A stretch of 64,000 nucleotides of DNA from Candidatus Marinacidobacterales bacterium (GTDB taxonomy: Bacteria > Acidobacteriota > Vicinamibacteria > Marinacidobacterales > DATDRI01): contig CBDCNP010000002.1 of the NCBI GenBank assembly GCA_965219415.1, positions 2,304,001 to 2,368,000 of the forward strand, in the 5' to 3' direction. This document shows positions 29,923 to 39,651 of the stretch, piece by piece (positions within the stretch are counted from its first letter, which is position 1; every line of letters begins with the position of its first letter). The notes beneath the pieces were generated by a model that saw only the letters and a list, made by a program, of their open reading frames with translations, had not been told where the DNA came from and made no database searches. The position numbers and the translations under genes were made by a program.

Positions 29923-32723
29923 TCAGAACCGGAACCTCGCGCCCACCTGCAGACGCCGCGGCAGTACGATGCGGCGGGGCAGGCCGACCACGGAGGAAGA
30001 CGCTGTGGTGCTTTGCACTCCCTCGGCTGCATCGTTGTTGAAGAGGTTGTACGCGTCCAGGAAGAGGTTCAGGTTCATTTGCTGGCCCAGATGGGCGGTC
30101 CACTGGACCCGCATATCAACCGTGTTCCGGTTGCCCCCACGGCGGTTGCCGTCCTTCTCCTCGAGCAAGATTCTCTCCCTTCCCAGTCCCGGGACTGAGA
30201 TTCTCTCTCGTAGTGCCCAAGGAAAGCCGGTGGAGTAGAAGTGGTTGGCCCCCACCAGGAAGTTCAACGGCAGCTGGACGAGCAGCTGCGTCTTGAACGT
30301 CGCCGGCCGGTCCCCGATCAGTAAACCGCCCATGTTGACGAAGTCGTTGGGGCTCTTGCCAGTGCTTCTCCAGGCGACACCGCCGTCCTGGCGGCCCCAA
30401 CCGTTTTGTGTCACGTTCGAGGCGAGCATGCCGTTGGACCTGACATTGGTAAAGGAACTGGTGAGCTGCCAATTGTTGGACATCCGCTTGGTCACCGCCA
30501 CGGAGAAGGCCTTTATCGTGGTGTCCATGAAGTCGGGGTTGCTCAGCAAGAAGAGCCGGTCCTCCGGATCGCTGTCCAATTGGGAGAGAGTGAGGGTGTT
30601 GCCGGTAGTGGGATCGGTGTGTTCGAACTGCGAGTAATCGCCGTTGACCTCCTGCCACGCGGGATGGTTGTTGCCCGTCTTGTGGCTGTAGGTCAGGCTC
30701 AATGCGAGGTCCGCGGGCAGCTCGCGCTCGAAGCCGACCACGAACGCGTCGGTCCACGTTGACCCGAAGTCGGGGTTTACCGCGACGTTTCCGGCGCCCC
30801 CGATGTTGGTCCCCCTCCCGTCACCCTCCAGCGTCCCAGCGTGGAAGTCCGCGGGGTCGTAGTAGCCTATGAAGGTGGACAGGTCCGTGGTCCCTATGTT
30901 GCCGGGGCCTCCGGCGAAATCCATGGTAACGATCCCGCGGTAGTAGCGACCGTAGTGACCCCTGAGAAGGGTCTTGCCATCATCGGTGAGCTGGTAAGTG
31001 ATGCCCAGCCTCGGGGCGAGGTTGTTCCAGGTCCAGAGGTTGTCGACCGCGGGGACCTCCTCATCGGTGGGGACTCCGGCGCGGTCCAGTATCGGCAGCG
31101 CGTTGACGCTGGCCCGGTCGCGGTCGTAGCGTAGGCCCAGCCTGAGCGTGACGCGGTCGTTCACCCGGAAGGTGTCGTCGACGAAGAACGATAAGCTGTT
31201 GGCGACGCCGGAGTAGGAGAAGGGCGAGTAGTCATAGCCAAAGACGTACTCCTCGCCGTTGTCGTCCAGGTAGAGGCCGAACCAGTCCGTATAGCCGACG
31301 ATGGCGTCGGGCCGCCCCGCCCGCTGGTACTGGACCCCGAACTTGAAGTCGTGGCTTCCGCCGAGGAAGTCGTCGGAATATTGGGTGAGGTGGGCGTTGA
31401 TGGAGGTCGAGGTTTCTTTTAAGTCATACCAGTAATCGGGGCCGCCCGTGTACAAGCAGGGGCCCAGCGAGCAGTCGCCCCCGTGGGCGGAGTTGTAGTA
31501 CACGGGCCCGTCCCGGCGTTGGGAAGGGTCGTCCGGGCCGTAGTGGTCTCTCCCGTAGAAGCCCCCGTACCGCACCTCGAGCAAGGTGTTTTCCGAGAGC
31601 AGGCCGGTGTAGGAGACGCTCGGTGTCGGCGAAATCCCGTACTCACGAGACAACCAACTCGGAGATAGGGTGGGGCCGCTGTTTGAGCCCCAGGAGTAGT
31701 TATCCATGGCGTACGAGCCCACTATTCTGTGCATGGGGTTGATCTGCCAGTTGAGCTTCCCGAAAACCGTCCAGTTCTTGCTCGTCAAGAAGAACTCAGG
31801 GGGGACGCCAGCGTCAGTGGTTTGGTCAAGCTTGTTCTGGTAGGAGCCGAAGAACCAGAGCTTGTCCTGCACGATGGGCCCGCCGAGCTGGGCGGTGAAA
31901 TCTCTGAACTTATGCCGGTTGAAGGGAAGGCCGTTGTCCGTCTCTTCGGTGGTGTTGCTCGAGGTCAACCCTTGCGTCTGGAGGTAGTAGGCGACGTCGC
32001 CAGAGAAGCTGTTGCTCCCCTGCCTGGTTATCACGCTGAAGACACCGCCGGGGACGTGACCGTACTCGGCAGAGGCGCCCACCGCAATGACCTCGACCTC
32101 TTCGATGATGTCGGTGTTGGGCGAGAGCCAGGTGCGGCCCTGGGAGCGTGAGTTGATGCTCACTCCATCCATCTGGAACGCGTTGGCATCGGTCTCCGAG
32201 CCCATCGCCATAAGGGCATTCCCTTCGACATTTTGGGTGATACCGGGGGCCGCCGCCATCAGGTCGTAGATGCTGTCCCGCCGCAGCGGAAGGTTTTGCA
32301 CAAACCCTTTGTCGTAGGTGTTGGTCAGTCCAGTAACCGTTGAGTCCACCACCACCACGTCGGCGGTGACCGTGACCGCCTCGGCAACGCCGCCCAGGCT
32401 CATGGTGACGTTCTGTGTGGTCGTGACGCCCAGGTCCACCGGGACGCCGGTGCGCTTCGCCGGGGTGAAGCCGTCCATCGTGAAGGACAGTTCATAGCGG
32501 CCGGGGAACAGACGGTTGAAGAAATAGAAACCCCTTGCGCTGGTGATCGATGTGAAGGCGCCGGCCGCGCCTGCGCCCGTGAGCGTTACCGTGACGCCGG
32601 GCACCACCGCGCCGGTGTCGTCCGTGACGGTCCCGACGATGTCGCCGGTGGTACGCTGGCAAAGGCGGGAGCCGAGGCGATCAGCAATCCGATTAGAAGG
32701 CTAAAGAAGAAAATTCGCTTCAT
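29923..32723 (-). CDS. Oar-like TonB-dependent receptor with carboxypeptidase-regulatory N-domain; 1-nt frameshift near 32658
   Basis: MKRIFFF..APAFA, then (Q)RTTGDIVGTVTDDTGAVVPG in another frame. LGGPIVQDKLWFF motif and C-terminal QVGARFRF. Confidence 0.88.
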
Positions 32724-32773
32724 ATGCACTCCTCCTTAAATTAGCGAAAAACAAAAACCACGCGGCCTCAGAA

Positions 32774-32789
32774 AGCAAGTTCAGTGCCA
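32774..32789 (-). promoter_or_regulatory. Sigma54 (-24/-12) promoter
   Basis: Minus strand TGGCAC-TGAAC-TTGCT, an exact consensus, about 50 bp upstream of the receptor ATG. Confidence 0.8.
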
Positions 32790-32850
32790 TGAATCCAGGG
32801 CATGAAAAAGTCTCCAAGTTATAGTGAACAACGGTTCTCTCGGCTCGTGT

Positions 32851-33260
32851 GGTTCACAGCGTGAACCGGTGAATTCGTCTCAGTGGATCGGCATCCAACT
32901 TGTTGGACCAAGCTCTATACCCTAGCCCTTGTTAGTCACAGGCATCTGATCCACAGCGGAATATTCGAGGCAGCCTAGCACAAGTGAAAAGGGCGGAGCG
33001 GGAGACAAAAAACTGTCAATCGATTCACACTATGAACCGCCGTCCCGAACCAGGGGCCGCGTGCTCGGTCAGCGGATGACGAGGCTTCCAGAGTTATGAC
33101 TATGCTCGGTTCCAGAACGCAAGCCGAGGATCGTGAGCCGATCGTGGCTGGGCCAGACGCCACGCGCCCTCACATTCTCCAGGCTGGCCCGATTGACGAG
33201 AGCCGCGGGTGCGGCTAGACTCGAGTTCACATGGCGAATCGTCGGTTCACCATATGAACG
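32851..33260. promoter_or_regulatory. Four IclR-like palindromic operators (TTCAC-N5-GAA core)
   Basis: ggttcacagcgtgaacc 32851-32867 (perfect), gattcacactatgaacc 33022-33038, agttcacatggcgaatc 33224-33240, ggttcaccatatgaacg 33244-33260. Confidence 0.72.
33193..33221 (+). promoter_or_regulatory. Sigma70 promoter of iclR
   Basis: TTGACG, 17-bp spacer, TAGACT. Confidence 0.7.
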
Positions 33261-34108
33261 ACGCTGCCTATCCCGGGACCCGCGCCGTGCGGCGCGCCGT
33301 GAGTGTGCTGAAGGTCTTCACCGCCTCACGGCCCGAGCTGGGGCTGTCCGAGGTGGCGCGGGCCGCAGGCCTCAACAAGACCACCGTCTTTCGGCTGCTG
33401 AGTGCCCTCGAGGGCGAGGGGCTCGTTCAGCGCGCCCCGAAGGGCGAGGCCTATCGGCTCGGCCCCGAGTTGGCCGCCCTGGGCCTTCGCGCCCTCGGGG
33501 CCACGGACCTGCTCTTGGCCACTCGGCCCGAGCTGCCCGCCCTTGCCGAAGCCACGCAGGAGACAGCGAGTCTCGAGGTCCTGGTCGGACGCGAGGTAGT
33601 GATCCTGGACGAGGTGCGCGGGAGACGCGTGCTCGCGGCGGTACCAGAGGTGGGGGCCCACTCGCCGGCCCACGCCACCTCGACCGGCAAGGCACAGATC
33701 GCTTTCCTGCCGGAGGAGCGATGGCAGGAGTTCTTGACGCCCCCCCTCCCCAGGCTCACCCCGAAGACTCTCTGTGAACCGGAGACGTTGCGGAGAGAGC
33801 TGTGGCGGGTCCGCACCAGGGGCTACGCCACCACGCTGGAGGAGCTCGAGCCCGGCTATGTGGGCGTGGGCGTTCCGGTGCGAGGTGCCAACGGGAGCGT
33901 GGTGGCAACTCTGAGCGTCGGAGGCCCGAGCACACGGCTCACGGCCGAACGCGTGAGCGAGATCGCTCAGCTCCTGTTGGCCGCGGCGTCACGCGCCTCG
34001 GAACGCCTCGGCTTTCGCGAGGACAAGGCACGCCGCGGAGCAACGCGTGACCGACCCGGCATCCCTCGAGGCCCTCATCAACGCCGATCTCGAAGCGGCC
34101 CAGCCTGA
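33254..34108 (+). CDS. IclR-family transcriptional regulator
   Basis: RAVRRAVSVL...GLNKTTVFRLL HTH, plus HATSTGKA and RGYA effector domain. Confidence 0.93.
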   Translation: MNDAAYPGTRAVRRAVSVLKVFTASRPELGLSEVARAAGLNKTTVFRLLSALEGEGLVQRAPKGEAYRLGPELAALGLRALGATDLLLATRPELPALAEATQETASLEVLVGREVVILDEVRGRRVLAAVPEVGAHSPAHATSTGKAQIAFLPEERWQEFLTPPLPRLTPKTLCEPETLRRELWRVRTRGYATTLEELEPGYVGVGVPVRGANGSVVATLSVGGPSTRLTAERVSEIAQLLLAAASRASERLGFREDKARRGATRDRPGIPRGPHQRRSRSGPA

Positions 34109-34151
34109 GGCCTCGGCGTGCGCGCCAAAGCAACGAGCTCGTGCGAGGGCG

Positions 34152-36263
34152 TCAGGGGCCGATTTCGGCCAGATGGAGGCGAGCCGCCTCGAAGCCCGGT
34201 TCTAGCTCGAGTGTCGTCTCGAAGAAACTTCGTGCTTCTTTCGGGCGGCCCAAGCGCAGCAGAGCGAGGCCAGTGTTGAACGCGTACTGTGCGTTGGAGT
34301 CGTCGCGTTCCCAGGCCTGGCGGAAGGCCTTCTCTGCCTCGGCCAGCCGCTCGTGAGCACCGAGGACCATTCCCAGGGAGTTCCAGTAGGAGGCGGGCTC
34401 GGGGTCGAGCTCCACCGCTTCCCGCAGGCGGTGGATCGCCTCCTCCACCTCTCCCATGTCGCGGAGCAGCTCGCCGAGCTGCGCGCGCAGGAGGGCGTCG
34501 TCCGGGGCCAGGGGCAGGGCAGACTCGTAGGCTCGTCGCGCCTGCTCACTCTCGCCGAGCCGCCGCCAGAGTCGGGCCTCGCTCCTGCGCAGACCCGCGT
34601 CCCGCGGGCTGGACTCTTGACCCGACCGGATGGCCTCGACCGCGCCCCGCAGGTCGCCCAGCGCGACTCGGCAGTTTGCCAGGTCCCCCCACCCCGCGGG
34701 ATAGCCCGGCTCGAAGCCGACGGCCTGCTCGAACTGGGCCGCCGCCTCCCGGTGCTGCTTCTGCGCCAGCAGGGCGCGGGCCAGGTAGAAATGGAGCTCG
34801 AAGCTCCGGACGCCGCGCCCGAGGAGGTCCCGGAACAGCTTCACGCTTCCCGCGAAGTCCCCCTCCTGGAGGCGGACGAGGCCCCGGCTCATGAGGTCGG
34901 TGGCGATCCTGAAATCGTCGATCTTGTCCTTGGGATCGGCTCCGGGGTCCGCGGCTCCTGCGGCTCCTGGCCCCCCCACGTACCCGAGTGCACCGAGCTT
35001 CTCCCGGAGATCAAGGGGCAGGCTCGCCCCCGGCTCGCCGGGGGTGGAGGCCATGGGCTCGGCCGCGAGGATTCGTCCTAGGCTCGCTTGCAGCGCCTCC
35101 ACGCGAGAATGCTCGACCTGGGCCAGGTTGCGCCGCTCTTGGGGATCGTTCTCGAGGTCGTAGAGCTCCGGGCGCGGCGCCTGGATGTACTTCCACCTCC
35201 CCTCCCGCACCGAGCGCAGATCGCTCCACCCGTAATGCAGACGCGGCTCCAACGTCTCGGCGTAGGTCAGCGGCTCGGGCGGCGGCTCCCGCCCTTGCAA
35301 CGCCGCTGCCAGGCTCTGGCCAGGGAAGGTGGCTGCTGCCGGGGGCGGCACACCGACCAGCTCCAGAAGCGTCGGGAGCAGGTCGATGGTGCGAACGGTG
35401 ACGGGAAGGCGCCCGCCGGGCATCACGCCGGGTCCTCGGAAGAACAGCGGAACTGCCAGGGTGGACTGGTAGATGAAGAAGCCGTGAGTCGCCTCCCGGT
35501 GCTCTCCCATCCCCTCGCCATGGTCGGAGGTGACGCACAGCAGCGTCTGGTTGCGCAGCTCGAGCCTCGTGAGGGCGGCATCGATGCGCCCCACGAGCTC
35601 GTCGGTCCAGGCGACCTCGCCCTCGTAGGGGCGCTCGGCGTAGCGCGAGGCGTAGGGCTCGGGGGGGTCGTAGGGTTCGTGGGGGTCGTAGAGGTGGATC
35701 CATGCGAAGAGCCGAGCCTCCCGGTTGGACTCCAGCCAGGAGACGGCCTCCTGTACGGTTTCGTCGCCGCGCTTCTGGAGCTTGCTCGCGAAGAAGCTCT
35801 CGCCGGCTTTTCTCTCGATCTTGTCGGAGTACGTGTCGAATCCCCGGTCCAGGCCGGTGTGCGAGGCGAGGACGATGGAGGAAACGAATGCCGCCGTCCG
35901 AAAGCCCGCGGTCTGCAAGACCTCGGCGAGCAGAGGCGTTTCCGGACCGCGCCCGGGCGCGACGTTGTCGCGGATGCCGTGCTGGGACGGCAGGAGCCCG
36001 CTGAACAGGGAGAAGTGGGAGGGGCGTGTCAAAGGGACGTGGACCATGGCATCCGGGGCCATTGTCCCCTCGGCTGCTAGCCGGTCCAGGTTGGGCGTGG
36101 GCAGCCCGAGGTTGCCGTAGCTGCCCAGACGATCGGCGCGCAGCGTGTCGATGGTGACCAGCACGAGGTGCCGCGCCGTGGGCGGTGCTGCTCGTTCAGG
36201 CTCGGGTGAGGTGCACGATGTCGTGAGCAGCGCGAGGGCCGCCAGGTGTGGCGTGAGCTTCAC
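34152..36263 (-). CDS. Sulfatase-like hydrolase + TPR lipoprotein
   Basis: VTIDTLRAD, PLTRPSH, HLYDPH, SDHGE, TPRs and lipobox LTTSC. Confidence 0.9.
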   Translation of the reverse strand: MKLTPHLAALALLTTSCTSPEPERAAPPTARHLVLVTIDTLRADRLGSYGNLGLPTPNLDRLAAEGTMAPDAMVHVPLTRPSHFSLFSGLLPSQHGIRDNVAPGRGPETPLLAEVLQTAGFRTAAFVSSIVLASHTGLDRGFDTYSDKIERKAGESFFASKLQKRGDETVQEAVSWLESNREARLFAWIHLYDPHEPYDPPEPYASRYAERPYEGEVAWTDELVGRIDAALTRLELRNQTLLCVTSDHGEGMGEHREATHGFFIYQSTLAVPLFFRGPGVMPGGRLPVTVRTIDLLPTLLELVGVPPPAAATFPGQSLAAALQGREPPPEPLTYAETLEPRLHYGWSDLRSVREGRWKYIQAPRPELYDLENDPQERRNLAQVEHSRVEALQASLGRILAAEPMASTPGEPGASLPLDLREKLGALGYVGGPGAAGAADPGADPKDKIDDFRIATDLMSRGLVRLQEGDFAGSVKLFRDLLGRGVRSFELHFYLARALLAQKQHREAAAQFEQAVGFEPGYPAGWGDLANCRVALGDLRGAVEAIRSGQESSPRDAGLRRSEARLWRRLGESEQARRAYESALPLAPDDALLRAQLGELLRDMGEVEEAIHRLREAVELDPEPASYWNSLGMVLGAHERLAEAEKAFRQAWERDDSNAQYAFNTGLALLRLGRPKEARSFFETTLELEPGFEAARLHLAEIGP

Positions 36264-38545
36264 CCGCCTCGCTCCAGCCTGCGGGCAGCAGCGAGCTGGC
36301 GTGCAGCCTCCTCTCGGCGCCCGCCACGGTTGTAGATGTCGGCCAGGATGTAGTGTCCGAACGGAGCTTGCTCGGGCTCCGGATTCTTGGCTAGGCCCGT
36401 CAGAGCGGCCTCCTCGGCCTGCGCCAGCTCCCCGGCGTCGAGCAGGGACTTGGCCAGGTACAGGTAGCCCGTCCCGAACTCCGGATTCCAGTCGACCGAT
36501 TCACGGAGTCGAGTCCGAGCCTCCTCGGGGCGTGTGCGCATCAGCAGCTTGCCCAGGTTGAAGGCGGCCTTGAAGGCCTTGGGCGTCTGGGCGAGCTCCG
36601 CTTCGTACTCGGCCACGGCTCGCTCGATCTGGCCGCGGGCCTCGTGGGCAAGAGCCAGGTTGAAGTGGGCCCGCGGCAGCTCGGGCTTCTCCTCCAGGGC
36701 CTTCGAGATGATCCTCTCGGCGTCGGCATACCGCTCCAACTCGATGTAGCACTCGCCCAGCTTCAAGCGGAACTTCGGCTGGTCCACCTTCAGCGCCAGG
36801 GCGTCTCTCAGAGTTCCCTCGGCCTCGTCGAAGCGCTTCTCGCGCATGCGGATGTCCGCCAGCTGCCAGAGCACCTTACCGCTCCTGGGATCGAGCTCGT
36901 GGGCCCGCTCGAAGCCGATCTCCGCGTCCTCCAGCTGTCCCATATTCTTCTGGGCGAGTGCCAGGCCGAAGACGGCGCCATGATGCTCGGGGTCGAGCTC
37001 CATGGCCTGCCGGAGTGCCTTGATTCCCTCCTCGGGACGACCGGCCTTTTCGTGGAATTTCGCGAGCAGCGTGTAGGCCTCGACGATCTCCGGATCCTCG
37101 GCCAGGGCCTGCTGTACCTTGGCGATGGCCTCGTCGATCCGCTCCTCCGAGGAGTCCTGGCCTGCCTGCCTCAAGAGGTTGTAGAGGCCGATCTTGTCCT
37201 TCGGGTCCCCCCGGGGTCGGTCCTCGAGGTTGCGGGCGCTGATGCCGCCGCCGATGTAGCCCAGCGCCCGGAGGCGCTCCTCGGTCTCCGGGTCGATGGC
37301 GGTGGGCCCGCGCGAAGCGTCCTCGCTGGTTACCTGTCTCAGCATTTTCTCCAGAGCCCGCTCCAGGGCATCGGCACGCTGCGGCTGCTCTGCCGCCAGA
37401 TCCTCGATCTCCCCGGGGTCCTGAGCCAGGTCGTACAGCTCGCGGCGGGGGGCCTGGATGAGCTTGTAGCGACCGTCGCGCACGGCCTTGAGCTCACTCC
37501 AGCCGTAGTGGTACCTGGGGTACCAGCTCTCCGAGAGGGCCAGGAGCTGCAACTCTCGGCCGCGACTCAGGGGCACGAGGCTGGTCCCCTGGACGCTCGC
37601 CGGAGCCTCGACGTCCAGTAGCTCGAGGGCGGTGGGCATCACATCCACGATCCGGACCTGGTTGGGCACCACCCGGGAAGGCACGCCCGGCCCGGCGATC
37701 ATGAGCGGGATCTGCACCACTTCGTCGTAGAGGAAGAAGCCGTGGTCCAGCTCTTTGTGCGCCCCTAGGGCCTCCCCGTGGTCCCCGACGACCACGACCA
37801 GGGTGTCCTCGAGATGGCCTTGCTCCGCCAGACCGTCCAGCAGCCGTCCCACCAGCCCGTCGGTCCACGCGATCTCGGCGTCATAGGCCCCTGACCGGGT
37901 GCGAGGGAAGCGGGAGGGATAGGGTTCAGGGGCCTCGTACGGGGTGTGCGGATCGTAGAGGTGCACCCAGGCGAAGAACGGCGCCTCCGATTCTTCGCCG
38001 AGCCAGCGCAGGGCCTCCGCTACCACCTCGTCGCCCCTCCGCTGCACGCTGGCCATGCCGCCACCCTTCATCTCGGACAGGTCAAACTCGTCGAAGTAGC
38101 GATCGAAACCCTGGTGCGTCCCCCAGCGGGAGTCGAGGACGAACGCCCCGACGAAGGCCCCCGTACGGTATCCTTCGCCGCGCAGCACCTCGGCGAGAGT
38201 GACCTGCTCGTCTCCGAGGTAGAAGCCGCCGTTGTCCCGGACGCCGTGTGTGGCGGGGAAGGTCCCGGTCAGCAGGGATGAGTGCGCCGGCAACGTGAGC
38301 GCGGCCACCGTGGTGGCCTGCTCGAAGCGCAGGCCCTGCGCGCCCAGGGCATCGAGACGGGGCGTTTGGGCCTTGGCGTAGCCATAGCTGCCGAGGGCAT
38401 CGGCTCTCAGGGTGTCGATGGAAACCAAAAGCAGGTGAGTTCGGCTCCAGCCGAAGGGGGCGAGAGTGCCCTCACGGAGTATCAGGAACCAGACGCCGAC
38501 GCCCAGCAGGGCGAGGAGAACGAAACCGGCTAGGGCTCTGCGCAT
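36260..38545 (-). CDS. Sulfatase-like hydrolase + TPR protein
   Basis: SIDTLRAD, LTLPAH, HLYDPH, GDHGE and TPRs. GTGA overlap with the next gene. Confidence 0.9.
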   Translation of the reverse strand: MRRALAGFVLLALLGVGVWFLILREGTLAPFGWSRTHLLLVSIDTLRADALGSYGYAKAQTPRLDALGAQGLRFEQATTVAALTLPAHSSLLTGTFPATHGVRDNGGFYLGDEQVTLAEVLRGEGYRTGAFVGAFVLDSRWGTHQGFDRYFDEFDLSEMKGGGMASVQRRGDEVVAEALRWLGEESEAPFFAWVHLYDPHTPYEAPEPYPSRFPRTRSGAYDAEIAWTDGLVGRLLDGLAEQGHLEDTLVVVVGDHGEALGAHKELDHGFFLYDEVVQIPLMIAGPGVPSRVVPNQVRIVDVMPTALELLDVEAPASVQGTSLVPLSRGRELQLLALSESWYPRYHYGWSELKAVRDGRYKLIQAPRRELYDLAQDPGEIEDLAAEQPQRADALERALEKMLRQVTSEDASRGPTAIDPETEERLRALGYIGGGISARNLEDRPRGDPKDKIGLYNLLRQAGQDSSEERIDEAIAKVQQALAEDPEIVEAYTLLAKFHEKAGRPEEGIKALRQAMELDPEHHGAVFGLALAQKNMGQLEDAEIGFERAHELDPRSGKVLWQLADIRMREKRFDEAEGTLRDALALKVDQPKFRLKLGECYIELERYADAERIISKALEEKPELPRAHFNLALAHEARGQIERAVAEYEAELAQTPKAFKAAFNLGKLLMRTRPEEARTRLRESVDWNPEFGTGYLYLAKSLLDAGELAQAEEAALTGLAKNPEPEQAPFGHYILADIYNRGGRREEAARQLAAARRLERGG

Positions 38546-38659
38546 AAGACTGCTAGTTGGGAAAATATACTCGACCAGAAACGCATGTCAAGAATCTCTG
38601 TTCCCCGTGTGGGGAGCGGATGATATGGCCGATCGCGAGAGCAAGTGATCTGTCCGCTT

Positions 38660-38735
38660 TGAAGCGGCGACGGCGTGCTCGACGACGAGGACCTGTGCCC
38701 GGGCACGGTGATTCCCGAAGGGGTGCCCACGCGAA
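38660..38735 (+). pseudogene. Thrombospondin type-3-like repeat fragment
   Basis: GDGVLDDEDLCPGTVIPEGVPT, isolated. Confidence 0.4.
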
Positions 38736-38770
38736 GCCCGACTAAGCTCAGTCTAATAGTGTCTGGAAAT

Positions 38771-39545
38771 TTATTGAGTCATAGTCGGCGGGTAGCCCAA
38801 CGCCATTTCTACGAACATACTAAGTTCGATGATACTCCCGACAAAGCGCACGGTATGGTTATCGATAAGCTCCACGTTTGGCAGATAAGCAATCATTTCC
38901 GCCGCGTCGACAGACAACGACCGCTCCCTCGATTGGACCCAACATGTCGGACACTTCGCGCACCGCGGCGTCGTCGTCACTGATCATCACTACCGGGACT
39001 CCGAAGTGCCCAGCGATCAGGGCGTTCATGCCGCCTTCGATCATTTCAGTGCCATTGATTCTTACGGATGAAAAATCCGCGCCTGATACCGTATGAGCTG
39101 CGATTCCGTCGATGTTGCCTGCACTGGCGTGATAACCGATGAATATCGCGGCATCAAAGCTATCGTCGATTCCCTCCATCATGCCGAGCGGTCTTGGCCA
39201 GGACCTAACAACTTGGATGTCCTGTGGCAGAGCATCTAGCAACAAATTCAGGCCGTTGCCGTGTGAATCGCTAACAACAATCTCGGTAGTGCCCACATCG
39301 CGCGCGGCCTCAATGGCCGCGTTTACTTCCGCAGTTATGAATTTGCGAAACTGGCTATATTCAAATCCTCTCGGTCCCAACTGGTCTTGGCTAACGACTC
39401 CGGCAACTCCTTCCATGTCCGCAGAAATGTAGACCTTCAGACCTTGAGCATTCGCGCCACAAGCCGTAGCCAGTAACAAGAGCGCGAACAAAATGTCGCG
39501 AAAAAGAAGATTGTGCGTAGCTAGATCCATTTGGAGTCTCCCCAT
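38771..39545 (-). pseudogene. dppA: M55 D-aminopeptidase (DppA) with internal deletion/frameshift near 38920
   Basis: YISADMEG, DSHG, FIGYHA and AHT motifs. The C-terminus (AEMIAYLPNVELIDNHTVRF) is in another frame. Confidence 0.85.
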
Positions 39546-39651
39546 TCTTGTTTTTTGCGTCGGTGGCTTTGCTTTCTCAGCTCTGCTCTAGGCGCTTCGG
39601 TTTATAACGTGGAGCGAGGCAACACTGTCGTTCAAGACGACGCATAGAGTC

